Below are positions 15,472 to 24,174 of a stretch of 64,000 bases of DNA, piece by piece. Numbering within the stretch: the first letter of the stretch is position 1; each line of letters begins with the position of its first letter. The position numbers and the translations under genes are program-made. The notes beneath the pieces were generated by a model. It was not told the origin of the DNA and did no database searches. It was given only the letters and a program-made list of their open reading frames with translations. The stretch is from a virus (taxonomy: Duplodnaviria; Caudoviricetes): IMG/VR virus record IMGVR_UViG_3300021375_000006. One strand, 5' to 3'.

Positions 15472-16101
15472 TCATTTTTGTTTAATTTGATGTTTCCTTA
15501 AGTCTCTTACCACGTCTTTACGAACTGTTTCTAAATATTTCTTTCTTTTTGCGCTAGATACGAATGGTACTGACCAGAATTGTTTAGTCTTAGTCCATAA
15601 ACTAGCTCTCCAGCCAAAGACAAATGTAAATACTCCCATCACCAATCTAAGTTTAGGAGAGTTCAAATAAAGCGTTCTAACAGGCAGGGAAGGTGCGCCA
15701 TGTGTTATATAGGTTCTCACCTTTTTGTCGCTTAGAAACGGTCTGGGATATGCATAGGGACCTATCACTGGTACAAATTGATATGCATAGCCTGGAGTGA
15801 GTACTTCATCAAAGAATATCTCCATTCTTGGCGTTAATCTAAACCACCAGACTGGTGAGACAAAGTAAATACGATCTGCCCATTTAACTAGTTCTTTATA
15901 CTTGTCAATTAAATCTGTTCTAGGCCTAGCAAAACTATCTCTATACAGATCGATAACCTCAATTTCATTTAGATAGCCATCTTCTTCTAACAGAGTTTTC
16001 TTAATCGTCTTAAATATACCATTGTAGCAGAATGATTTCTCATCGGGATGGCCGACGACAATTAGGTTCTGCATTCTTTCTTTCTTCTTACAAATTGCCA
16101 T
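15472..16101 (-). CDS. flavodoxin-like NAD(P)H:quinone dehydrogenase
   Basis: IVVGHPDEKSF...IDLYRD...WADRIYFVSPVWWFRLTPRMEIFFDEV. Confidence 0.85.
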   Translation of the reverse strand: MAICKKKERMQNLIVVGHPDEKSFCYNGIFKTIKKTLLEEDGYLNEIEVIDLYRDSFARPRTDLIDKYKELVKWADRIYFVSPVWWFRLTPRMEIFFDEVLTPGYAYQFVPVIGPYAYPRPFLSDKKVRTYITHGAPSLPVRTLYLNSPKLRLVMGVFTFVFGWRASLWTKTKQFWSVPFVSSAKRKKYLETVRKDVVRDLRKHQIKQK

Positions 16102-16102
16102 T

Positions 16103-16216
16103 TTATTTCTTTTCTATTGGGTTCTCGTTCTCGTCGTATTCTGGTGCTGTCAATAATTCATAGGCAATCCAAATCCATGTGATTACAAATCCGATTGCAA
16201 ATAGTTTCCAAGTCAT
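16103..16216 (-). CDS. small membrane protein (37 aa)
   Basis: MTWKLFAIGFVITWIWIAYELLTAPEYDENENPIEKK. Confidence 0.5.
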   Translation of the reverse strand: MTWKLFAIGFVITWIWIAYELLTAPEYDENENPIEKK

Positions 16217-16641
16217 TCTGCTTTATTTAAGAGCCAAGAGCTCGATTGTATTTTATCTCCTAGACCATCTATCAATTCTACTCCGAGTTCTTTACAGATT
16301 TGAGCCTCTGGAATTGAGTTGTTATTCTGGTCTCCGCCGTTCGCAAACATAAATTTACGATGTATGGTAGTATTGTCTTTGACTATGGTTTCGATAGTCT
16401 CACAAACTGTTCTGTTTTTGTCGATCGACAAATAGGCTCTATCTACTACCCTCAATGAACTCACAATTTTTAAACGTTCTTCTTCATCTTGAAATGCTTT
16501 AGAGCCCTTTAGTTCTCTTTGTAGATCTGAGTTAACAATAACCCAAAGTTGGTCACCACATTTTCTAGCATTCTCAAAATACTCAATGTGGCCCTTATGA
16601 ATTGGGTTAAAATATCCGCTAACTATTACTACTCTTTGCAT
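16213..16641 (-). CDS. cytidylyltransferase-like nucleotidyltransferase (RfaE-II/RibL-like)
   Basis: SGYFNPIHKGH, ANGGDQ, KIQSSSW. Confidence 0.85.
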   Translation of the reverse strand: MQRVVIVSGYFNPIHKGHIEYFENARKCGDQLWVIVNSDLQRELKGSKAFQDEEERLKIVSSLRVVDRAYLSIDKNRTVCETIETIVKDNTTIHRKFMFANGGDQNNNSIPEAQICKELGVELIDGLGDKIQSSSWLLNKAE

Positions 16642-16883
16642 TAGGGTGTATTTTCCGGTCCTCTTTGTACTTCTATAATTTTATTGTAAGCGATTGTATC
16701 ATTTTCTTTCGCCCAAGTTTTCCAGTGCTCCACATACTCCATAGCCTCGACTTTACCGCTGCCTGGAGTTATTCCCCATTTAATAAAGCGTACAGCATCT
16801 AATACATCTTCTAAGTGCAGTGTTTTGTAAGCCTCTTCCATATTTTGTGGCCTATCATCATAATGTTCGTGGAGTCCCATCAT
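16641..16883 (-). CDS. hypothetical protein
   Basis: 80-aa ORF from the track. Confidence 0.65.
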   Translation of the reverse strand: MMGLHEHYDDRPQNMEEAYKTLHLEDVLDAVRFIKWGITPGSGKVEAMEYVEHWKTWAKENDTIAYNKIIEVQRGPENTP

Positions 16884-17059
16884 AAAAATTTAGTATATTT
16901 AGTTAATTCTTGTTTTCTTGCCTCTTCTAATCTCTTTGCATGATATTCTTTTGCATACTGCTCCATGATTTTACTCATTTGAGTATAATGTGAAAATGCA
17001 TCACTGTCAATAGCCAGATCTGGCCATTCGTTTTTATCTAGCCAATCCGCCGCGCTCAT
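16880..17059 (-). CDS. hypothetical protein (59 aa)
   Basis: MSAADWLDKNEWPDLAIDSDAFSHYTQMSKIMEQYAKEYHAKRLEEARKQELTKYTKFL. Fills the gap and is coupled ATGA to the next gene. Confidence 0.55.
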   Translation of the reverse strand: MSAADWLDKNEWPDLAIDSDAFSHYTQMSKIMEQYAKEYHAKRLEEARKQELTKYTKFL

Positions 17060-17870
17060 ATAAATACTCTCCTAAATCGTCTCTACTTGTTGGTACATCA
17101 TCCCATTTTGAATCATACCAAAATGTTCTACCGTTTCTATCTTTTCTCTTTGACATTTCTGCATTACCATAACACAACATAAACCGCTCCTGGATAGCTT
17201 CATCTCCAAATGGATTATCCCAATCCTTAATGCTTCCGCCACCTTTAGCATACGCTAGAAGTGGAATATCACGGCATAGATCTAGTAGTTTAGGGTATCT
17301 TGCGAATTGCATGCCTGCTGGTAAGAATGGATCTACATCATCAGCTCTATAAATAATTTCTGCTCTTAGGTAATTACCAATACCATTAAAATATTTTTGG
17401 TCCATTAACATTTCATAAAGTGGCTTCTTTAGTTTAGTCAGGTTAGTCATGACGTTATCCCAAAATGCTTTATACTCTGTTGTTGGATCTGGACCTCTAT
17501 TATCAGACCAAGATACACCCTGCTTCCACTTGCCAAAACGTCTGACATCTACAAAGGACATTGTAGTTCCGTCAGATCTATAAAATTTTAGGTGCGAATG
17601 TTTTGGCTCCTGCCCGGCGTTAGTCAGTTTAAAATGCCCGGACATACCCATCGTGATTCTTACAGGGATATATTGGTCTGAATGTTTATCTAAAAAGTAA
17701 AGTACCATTTCTTTACCCTTAGAAACTGCTTTAATTTTAAATGTTTCAAATGGAATATTAAGGTCCTCACATTTATGGACTGGATTCTTCTCCACTCTCA
17801 CGTAGGTTTGGCCTTCTGATACTTGGTTGACGTAGTCTGCTGTAAATTTGAGTTCCGCTAACTCTGGCAT
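17034..17870 (-). CDS. Fpg/Nei-family DNA glycosylase, zincless-finger type
   Basis: N-terminal MPELAE, KGK, H2TH LMDQKYFNGIGNYLRAEI, and C-terminal KDRNGRTFWY without a four-Cys finger. TGAAAC-N17-TATAAT at 17888-17916. Confidence 0.9.
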   Translation of the reverse strand: MPELAELKFTADYVNQVSEGQTYVRVEKNPVHKCEDLNIPFETFKIKAVSKGKEMVLYFLDKHSDQYIPVRITMGMSGHFKLTNAGQEPKHSHLKFYRSDGTTMSFVDVRRFGKWKQGVSWSDNRGPDPTTEYKAFWDNVMTNLTKLKKPLYEMLMDQKYFNGIGNYLRAEIIYRADDVDPFLPAGMQFARYPKLLDLCRDIPLLAYAKGGGSIKDWDNPFGDEAIQERFMLCYGNAEMSKRKDRNGRTFWYDSKWDDVPTSRDDLGEYLYERGGLAR

Positions 17871-17913
17871 AATAAACTGATTTAGTTATTATAGAGAATT
17901 AGCGGGACTTGTT

Positions 17914-18459
17914 TCAATCTTTTGGCCAAAGTGCCTCTTTAATATTATCAGCTAAATTAGGTCCATGCTTGAATGCATCGATTTCCCATTTACGGTCTGG
18001 ATAGTTTATCTCAGTAATATCATAGATTGTATCACCTTTCCAAACTACTGCTTTGCCACCTAGGGTTTTTAACCAATTCATCTCATATTGTTGTAGATGA
18101 ATTAACTCATGTGCAATCGTGTTGATTGCTGTAGATCTGCTAATCCCCTTTTTTACGAAAATAGCATACTGATCGCCGTTCGTTTTAATATAGGCATCAG
18201 TTTCATAGTCACCTCCAAGCGATTGAGCTTGGTCTTGATTTCTAATAACCACTACCACATTACTAATCGACAGTCTGTCTAGACCAACCTGAACAATCGT
18301 GTCGAGGTAAGCCTTCTTGTGTAGATTAAATACTGCGTTACGGTTATTGAACTCGTAGTTTTCAAATTTGCGCTCTGGACGCGAAGCTAGATAAATGATT
18401 AGAGCTATAACTAATAGAACTATTACACCTATCCAGTGTTTAGTCTTCATATTCGCCAT
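17914..18459 (-). CDS. membrane-anchored HExxH metallopeptidase-like protein
   Basis: N-terminal TM helix. AHELIHLQQY...WEIDAF. Confidence 0.6.
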   Translation of the reverse strand: MANMKTKHWIGVIVLLVIALIIYLASRPERKFENYEFNNRNAVFNLHKKAYLDTIVQVGLDRLSISNVVVVIRNQDQAQSLGGDYETDAYIKTNGDQYAIFVKKGISRSTAINTIAHELIHLQQYEMNWLKTLGGKAVVWKGDTIYDITEINYPDRKWEIDAFKHGPNLADNIKEALWPKD

Positions 18460-18536
18460 TCCATTTTTGAGAACCTCCCGAATTGTATATATTCCAGGAT
18501 TGCTCCCAATAAATGTGGTCGTTGTTGTGGTTAGTA

Positions 18537-18740
18537 TTAGTACTCGTCATCGAATTCATCTAGATCTTGCATAGATCTGACATTTTTGTAGTTTAAGCCA
18601 CGCTCCTTGTTGCGTTGCTTTTTCTTTTTGAAGTTAAGTTTGCGGCGACGGTTTTCATCGTCATCTCGGGCGTCCCAGCGCTTGCTCGACTTATTCATGA
18701 AGTAATTAAATAGTATTAAGAGTTCTTGTCTCCAGGCCAT
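18537..18740 (-). CDS. small basic hypothetical protein (start probably at the internal MNKSS)
   Basis: ORF track. K/R-rich. Confidence 0.5.
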   Translation of the reverse strand: MAWRQELLILFNYFMNKSSKRWDARDDDENRRRKLNFKKKKQRNKERGLNYKNVRSMQDLDEFDDEY

Positions 18741-18979
18741 TTTGTGTCTGGATATTCAAAAGGTTCCGAGTTAGTCCCATTGGTACTAGTTGTATACCAA
18801 GGTTGTCCAGGTCTATTTGGATCGTATGTCCAATCAGGATTAGAAGTCCAATATGGATTTGGATTATATGGGATATGTGTAATACCGTTATGGTTTTCAT
18901 TAGTTAGAAGTACTACTGCTTCTTCTGCAGTAATTTGCTTTTCGTCTAATAGTCTTTGTACAATGCTTGCCCTTGTCAT
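18716..18979 (-). CDS. hypothetical protein
   Basis: 87-aa ORF with a Pro/Trp/Asn-rich C-terminus. Confidence 0.65.
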   Translation of the reverse strand: MTRASIVQRLLDEKQITAEEAVVLLTNENHNGITHIPYNPNPYWTSNPDWTYDPNRPGQPWYTTSTNGTNSEPFEYPDTKWPGDKNS

Positions 18980-18982
18980 ATT

Positions 18983-19291
18983 TTATATATTTACTTTATG
19001 TGTATTAATAGCATTCATAATTTCAGAAATATTATCAGGGCTTAACCATCCTACTATATCGTCTTCTGCACCTGGTAGAATTTCTTTAGTAGCCCATTCA
19101 TTATTGTTATCTAAAATTGCAATTTCAAACGATTCATATTCTTCAATTAATTTTAGGTATAATTTAGGAGTACAGTATGCCATCTCACCACATACTACAG
19201 AGATTCTATATCCATTTTCAAATGTATACCATCCTGCCCATCCTCTTCCAAGTGGGTGTTTCGCAAATTTTAAATCGTTAAATGTTATCAT
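18983..19291 (-). CDS. hypothetical protein (start re-assigned to MITFNDL)
   Basis: The longer track ORF overlaps tRNA-Ser. The ATG at 19291 lies just downstream of the tRNA. Confidence 0.7.
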   Translation of the reverse strand: MITFNDLKFAKHPLGRGWAGWYTFENGYRISVVCGEMAYCTPKLYLKLIEEYESFEIAILDNNNEWATKEILPGAEDDIVGWLSPDNISEIMNAINTHKVNI

Positions 19292-19304
19292 AATTTTAAT
19301 TTTG

Positions 19305-19389
19305 CGGAGAAGGAGGGATTCGAACCCCCGGATCCGTGAAGATCGCCAGTTTTCAAGACTGGTGCATTCGACCACTCTGCCACTTCTCC
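19305..19389 (-). tRNA. tRNA-Ser(TGA)
   Basis: GGAGAAG...CCAGT-CTTGAAA-ACTGG, long variable arm, GGTTCGAATCC, G discriminator. Confidence 0.95.
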
Positions 19390-19414
19390 TATGTTCTTTA
19401 GTCTATTAGATTAA

Positions 19415-19741
19415 TTACAAACGTATTGTTTCTTTCACTTTTTTCTTAAGTTTATCAACGGTGTGAAAGAGGCCGTCGACAAACGCCGTATTGTCATTAA
19501 ACCTAGCGTCAATTCTAGATTCCATTTTATCTGTTCTTGAGTCAATATATCTATATACCTCGTCAAAATCAGACCTTTGTGATTTATGTAGACCATCAAC
19601 TTCTTCGTCTACTCTTTTTTCCAAGTATTCTACTTGGGATTGCAATGCTGCAATCTGTCTCTGTGACTTAAACATTGAAACAACGCCAGCCAAAGCCAAC
19701 ACTGTTAAAACACCTAAACCATAAATTAATAATTGTTCCAT
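19415..19741 (-). CDS. membrane-anchored coiled-coil protein
   Basis: N-terminal TM helix followed by heptads. Confidence 0.7.
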   Translation of the reverse strand: MEQLLIYGLGVLTVLALAGVVSMFKSQRQIAALQSQVEYLEKRVDEEVDGLHKSQRSDFDEVYRYIDSRTDKMESRIDARFNDNTAFVDGLFHTVDKLKKKVKETIRL

Positions 19742-19776
19742 ATTTTTATTGTTTTTATTTTGCGACTAAAGAACAA

Positions 19777-19875
19777 TTACATTAATGGGCCTGCACTACA
19801 TGAATAGATAGCAGCCTTCATTCTCTGCTCTTCTAGCCATTTCATATAGGTCCAAATTTGTTTTAATCTTTTCAT
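19777..19875 (-). CDS. small peptide (32 aa)
   Basis: MKRLKQIWTYMKWLEEQRMKAAIYSCSAGPLM. Confidence 0.45.
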   Translation of the reverse strand: MKRLKQIWTYMKWLEEQRMKAAIYSCSAGPLM

Positions 19876-19876
19876 A

Positions 19877-20185
19877 TTAATTATCTAATTGATAATCATC
19901 TGGTGGCAATTGCTCCAAATAACTTACAGGTACTTTATTCCATTTAGCTTCTGTTGTACTATTCTCATCAACTAATTTATCATAATCGTATTTACCTTTA
20001 ATAAATTCGTTTAGTGCTTTACCTTGACTTTCAGCATTATTAAAAGATTCGAAATCAGAACGACTAACGCCGTTATATAAGTAGCTTGCATGATTAAAAT
20101 TTACAATTAATGTTTTAGTTTTGTAATTATACTCAGCTGATGTCAGTGTAGAACTGTCGTAATGTGATGTGGTGTTGGTAATCAT
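19877..20185 (-). CDS. KTSC-domain protein
   Basis: SSTLTSAEYNYKTKTLIVNFNHASYLYNGV...AESQGKALNEFIKGKY. AGAAAC-N17-TATAAG upstream at 20202-20230. Confidence 0.85.
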   Translation of the reverse strand: MITNTTSHYDSSTLTSAEYNYKTKTLIVNFNHASYLYNGVSRSDFESFNNAESQGKALNEFIKGKYDYDKLVDENSTTEAKWNKVPVSYLEQLPPDDYQLDN

Positions 20186-20228
20186 AAAATATAATTTATG
20201 ACTTATATCTGATACTTAGTAAAAGTTT

Positions 20229-23200
20229 CTAACCTAATGCGTCGATATTCTTAATTTTAACACCGCTTGAAGTAAGTGCCTTATTAAGTTGCTTAATTGC
20301 AGATATTACTCCAGAGTTATCTCCACCAGAAGAACTTGAACCGCCGCCGGTAAATGCTGATTTAAGACTACCCATTGCGTTAGATATTGCATTACCAGAA
20401 TCTGCAGTTGCCGTCATACCATCACCTACTGTAGTTTTAAATTCACTTAACATATCTGCTAGATTTTGTAGAGCCTGTTCAAGAGATTCTCCCATCGCAG
20501 CAAGTATATCAGTTGGTTCTCCGCCTTCTGAAAGTACGCCAAGTGCTTCAAACATTTTTCTAGTCTCAACAAGTTTATCAAGATCCATCGCATTAATTGC
20601 ACCACTAATCTCTGGCATTGAATCTCCCATTCTAACAGTATTAGCACCAATTGTAGCCCATAACGTAGCCTGTTTAGCATAGCCCTCTGCTCTAGATTTT
20701 TCATCAACTGGACCTACAAATGCTCCAAAGAACAATTTACCTTTTTCTGGATCGAATGTATTAATTGCTGATATAATACCTGGAACGGAATTACCCATTT
20801 TCTCAAAAGTATTTCCAACAGCAGAAATCATCCATCTTTGTTCTTTAATAGTTTGCGCATCTGTCCCCTGGTCTACATTAGTAAATACTCCAATAATATC
20901 TGCCATTTTACCAGCAAACGCTTTAGAGTCCATATTACCTACTATTTCAATAATGGTTTTTACAGATTCACCTAATTTCTTATATGGCTCGCCAATCATA
21001 CTAACAATTTCAATACCCTTTTCAAAAGTGGTTTCGCCTTGCCACCACGATGATGTTTTAGCCTTGCCACTACCAATTACCATAAGAGTATCTGTTAGAG
21101 CCTCGATTAACATTTGAGTATTGGTTTGTATCTTTGCTTTCAGGCCTTCTGCATTTCCAATAGTCTGATAACCAGTAATTTTACCGTCTTTATCGTAAAT
21201 AGGGAACCTTAACTTGGCCATAGCTTCTACACCTTTCGCTAGGTTTAATAGAGGCTCACCAATACCTGTTACAATTGCAATACCTTTTTCAATAGTGGAT
21301 TTACCACCCCACCATGAACCATCATTTGCATCTGGATTTTTACCAATTTGAGCAAAAGTACCGGAAAGTGAACCGACTAACATTTGAGTATTATTAGCAA
21401 CTGCTTGAGCATCTTCTACACTAAATTGTCTATAGCCTGTAGCTTTACCTTCTTTATCAAAACCCGTTGGGAATTTAAGCATCGCCATATCTTGTACACC
21501 ACCTGCAATATTACTTAGGGCTTGTCCCATATTCATTACAGATTCAATACCCATTTGAACAGCACCGCCACCTGATAAGAAGCCTAATAGACCGCCTGAA
21601 CTTGGTCTACCAAAATCAACTGTCATTGGATTACCATCCGGGCCAATAACTTCTTGTTCACCACCCATTCCAATCTTAGCGAAAGGAACTGCAAGCGAAC
21701 CAACCATCATCATTGTATTTTTAACTACGTTCTTAAATGCATCACCACCAATAGTCTCAAATTTTGTTGGGTTACCTTCTTTATCAAAACCAATTGGGAA
21801 TCTAAGGTTGGCCATAGCCTGAACACCTTTAGCAATACCTGTAAGTGCCCTACCCATATTCATGGTTGACGCAACACCTATTGCAACTGTATTCTTTTTA
21901 CCTAAGCCAAATAAGCCGCCACCGCCGCCTCCAAATTTAACTTTAGTAATTGTACCGTCTGCGCCTAGAACTTCCATCTCTTCACCAGCACCAATTTTAT
22001 GGAATGGTACTGCTAATGTACCTAACATTAACGAGATATTTTTACCTAATACTGGTAAATCAAGTCCATCATTTTGTAGTTTAGCAAATCTTTTAAGACC
22101 AAGACCAACTGTCATTAAAGCAACACCTGCTGCAACCATTGCACCTGAACCTAATAAGATACCTGCTGCTGTCCATGGCCACATAACAAATGCATCACCA
22201 ATTGCTTTAAAGACAGGTACTAAACCAGTATCTTCATCGGTTAGTTTATCAATATTACCACCAGATAAAACTTTAGCCATAACAGCGATACCTGCTCCTA
22301 CTGCTAGTAAAGCAACACCTGCAACTATCATTGCTCCAGCCCCTAATGCAATAAACGCTGGAATTGGTCCTGCTCCTGCAATACCGAAGACTACACCTAG
22401 ACCACCAATCAGGGCCATCGTGGCGCCAATCATTGGCCAAGGATTTGAACCTAATGCTGCTGTAATAATTTTAAAACCTATTCCTATAACTATTAAGGAT
22501 GCTCCGACAAGTATCATCGCGATAGCTCCTTTCTTAATAAATTGTTCACCAAGGCCAATTACTGCAAACGCAGCTGCTAATAGACCTATTACTAAGAGTG
22601 CTCCTAAACTTTTCGCAGCCTCTTCACCAGTAATATTGCCAATTATTTTACCAAAGAATAGAAGTGAAAGACCTAATACGATAATGGATAAAGAAACCCA
22701 TAATAATGATTTTGCTCCGTTTTCAATATAATCACTTGCAAAGCCGACTAATGCGAACGCGAGTCCAATTGCAATTACAGTACCAACAACCATTAATATC
22801 GTACTAATGTTTGGCATAAGTAATTGGAATAGAGCTAAAGAAACACCTAATGCTAAAATTGATAGACCGGCCATTACAAGCCCTTTACCAGCTTTTTCCA
22901 TGTTATCTATAACACCAAACTCTTCTAATACATAAAATGCTAATGCAATTGCACCAATTACAAATATTGATAAGATAGCACCTTTAATCGCAGCACCTGC
23001 AATTAAACTAACTAGTGCAAATGTAACTGATAATGCTAATAGACCTAATGCAACGCCTAGAACGGCATCACCCATGGTTTTCATTTTATCTAATACTTTA
23101 TCTGGAATTATAGATGCAATTAATCCAATAGTACCTATTAATAAAACACTTACTAAAGCTCCCTTGAGTGCAGATTTTGAAATTAAGGTAACTAATGCTA

Positions 23201-23780
23201 AGGTGGCTGCTAATATCAGTATTGATTTACCGACATCTCCCATCATTTTAACCTTCTCTAGCTTTTCTTGATCTAAATTCTTAGTACCAAAATTAATACC
23301 TGCTACAAGCGCCCTTAATGTAAGTGCTATGAGTGGAGTACCTATTACTGCCACCATTAATAATGGGGTGGCTAATACCATATATCCAGCAAACTTTAGT
23401 ATTGATTTACCAACATCTCCTAGTAGAGTAATACCTGCTGCTAAGCCTTCCATTTTGGCTTTAACATCTTCTCCAGTATCTTCTAGATTATTTACAGCGT
23501 CTACAACAAATTGCAAACCTTTACCAAGAGGTTCCATGGAAGGTGCTAGCATTGCAATTGCCATGGCATTCCCTAGACCTCCGCCTACGCTCTTACCCTT
23601 TCCGTCTCTAATGTCTTCAATGGCAGTGGCCATAGCGTCCATTCTATCATAGAATTCACCACCTACTGCTAATGATACTGCAGTATTTTCAGTATTAACT
23701 GCTATTTGACCTAGAACATTACCCTGGCTACCTAACTTGTCGAAGGCGCCAGCTAACGATTTCATGAAATTTTGAGCCAT
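20229..23780 (-). CDS. tail tape measure protein
   Basis: 1183 aa, Ala/Gly-rich amphipathic and hydrophobic helical repeats. Located after the tube and chaperone genes. Confidence 0.8.
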   Translation of the reverse strand: MAQNFMKSLAGAFDKLGSQGNVLGQIAVNTENTAVSLAVGGEFYDRMDAMATAIEDIRDGKGKSVGGGLGNAMAIAMLAPSMEPLGKGLQFVVDAVNNLEDTGEDVKAKMEGLAAGITLLGDVGKSILKFAGYMVLATPLLMVAVIGTPLIALTLRALVAGINFGTKNLDQEKLEKVKMMGDVGKSILILAATLALVTLISKSALKGALVSVLLIGTIGLIASIIPDKVLDKMKTMGDAVLGVALGLLALSVTFALVSLIAGAAIKGAILSIFVIGAIALAFYVLEEFGVIDNMEKAGKGLVMAGLSILALGVSLALFQLLMPNISTILMVVGTVIAIGLAFALVGFASDYIENGAKSLLWVSLSIIVLGLSLLFFGKIIGNITGEEAAKSLGALLVIGLLAAAFAVIGLGEQFIKKGAIAMILVGASLIVIGIGFKIITAALGSNPWPMIGATMALIGGLGVVFGIAGAGPIPAFIALGAGAMIVAGVALLAVGAGIAVMAKVLSGGNIDKLTDEDTGLVPVFKAIGDAFVMWPWTAAGILLGSGAMVAAGVALMTVGLGLKRFAKLQNDGLDLPVLGKNISLMLGTLAVPFHKIGAGEEMEVLGADGTITKVKFGGGGGGLFGLGKKNTVAIGVASTMNMGRALTGIAKGVQAMANLRFPIGFDKEGNPTKFETIGGDAFKNVVKNTMMMVGSLAVPFAKIGMGGEQEVIGPDGNPMTVDFGRPSSGGLLGFLSGGGAVQMGIESVMNMGQALSNIAGGVQDMAMLKFPTGFDKEGKATGYRQFSVEDAQAVANNTQMLVGSLSGTFAQIGKNPDANDGSWWGGKSTIEKGIAIVTGIGEPLLNLAKGVEAMAKLRFPIYDKDGKITGYQTIGNAEGLKAKIQTNTQMLIEALTDTLMVIGSGKAKTSSWWQGETTFEKGIEIVSMIGEPYKKLGESVKTIIEIVGNMDSKAFAGKMADIIGVFTNVDQGTDAQTIKEQRWMISAVGNTFEKMGNSVPGIISAINTFDPEKGKLFFGAFVGPVDEKSRAEGYAKQATLWATIGANTVRMGDSMPEISGAINAMDLDKLVETRKMFEALGVLSEGGEPTDILAAMGESLEQALQNLADMLSEFKTTVGDGMTATADSGNAISNAMGSLKSAFTGGGSSSSGGDNSGVISAIKQLNKALTSSGVKIKNIDALG

Positions 23781-23862
23781 GTATAAGTACCGCTGATTAT
23801 TTTTTAGTATACAGGAACACCACTGTAAAAAGTGGTGCTCCTTATTACTATATTATATATCT

Positions 23863-24174
23863 CTACAACTTCGGCATCTTAATAGATGGAGTCTTGAGAG
23901 ATGGGGTGCTTGGCATCTTAGGCGGTTTATATTGAGATCTCATTGCTGACATCTGACTCGCCTGTTGTTCTTGTTGCTCCCCTTGCTGTTTATTCTTATT
24001 CTTGATGTATTCCGAAAGATTCTTAACGTAGTACCAAAATTCGTAGTAATACATATTTTCAATCTCGCTCGGTTGCATCCTAAGATGAATACCCAGGTAG
24101 AACTTTGTCTTAAAGTAGTTCTCCAGCGAGATCTGAAATAATGAAAAGACTTTTGATGCCACCTGGGAACTCAA
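23863..24174 (-). CDS. baseplate hub assembly chaperone, C-terminal part (gp51-like / GT-like), no ATG start
   Basis: QISLENYFKTKFYL...PSEIENMYYYE resembles the small T4-like hub chaperone ORFs. Overlaps the previous ORF in the +1 frame. Confidence 0.6.
   Translation of the reverse strand: MSSQVASKVFSLFQISLENYFKTKFYLGIHLRMQPSEIENMYYYEFWYYVKNLSEYIKNKNKQQGEQQEQQASQMSAMRSQYKPPKMPSTPSLKTPSIKMPKL

Noticed and set aside
19292-19375. N-terminal extension of ORF 18983..19375
   Set aside because: It is the tRNA-Ser sequence read as protein. The ATG at 19291 is the plausible start.
18726-19409. 227-aa + strand ORF
   Set aside because: Overlaps two minus-strand genes and tRNA-Ser, with no recognisable motifs.
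21862-22731. 289-aa + strand ORF and other + strand ORFs within tape measure, sheath, guaB and uvsX
   Set aside because: Antisense shadows of well-supported minus-strand genes.
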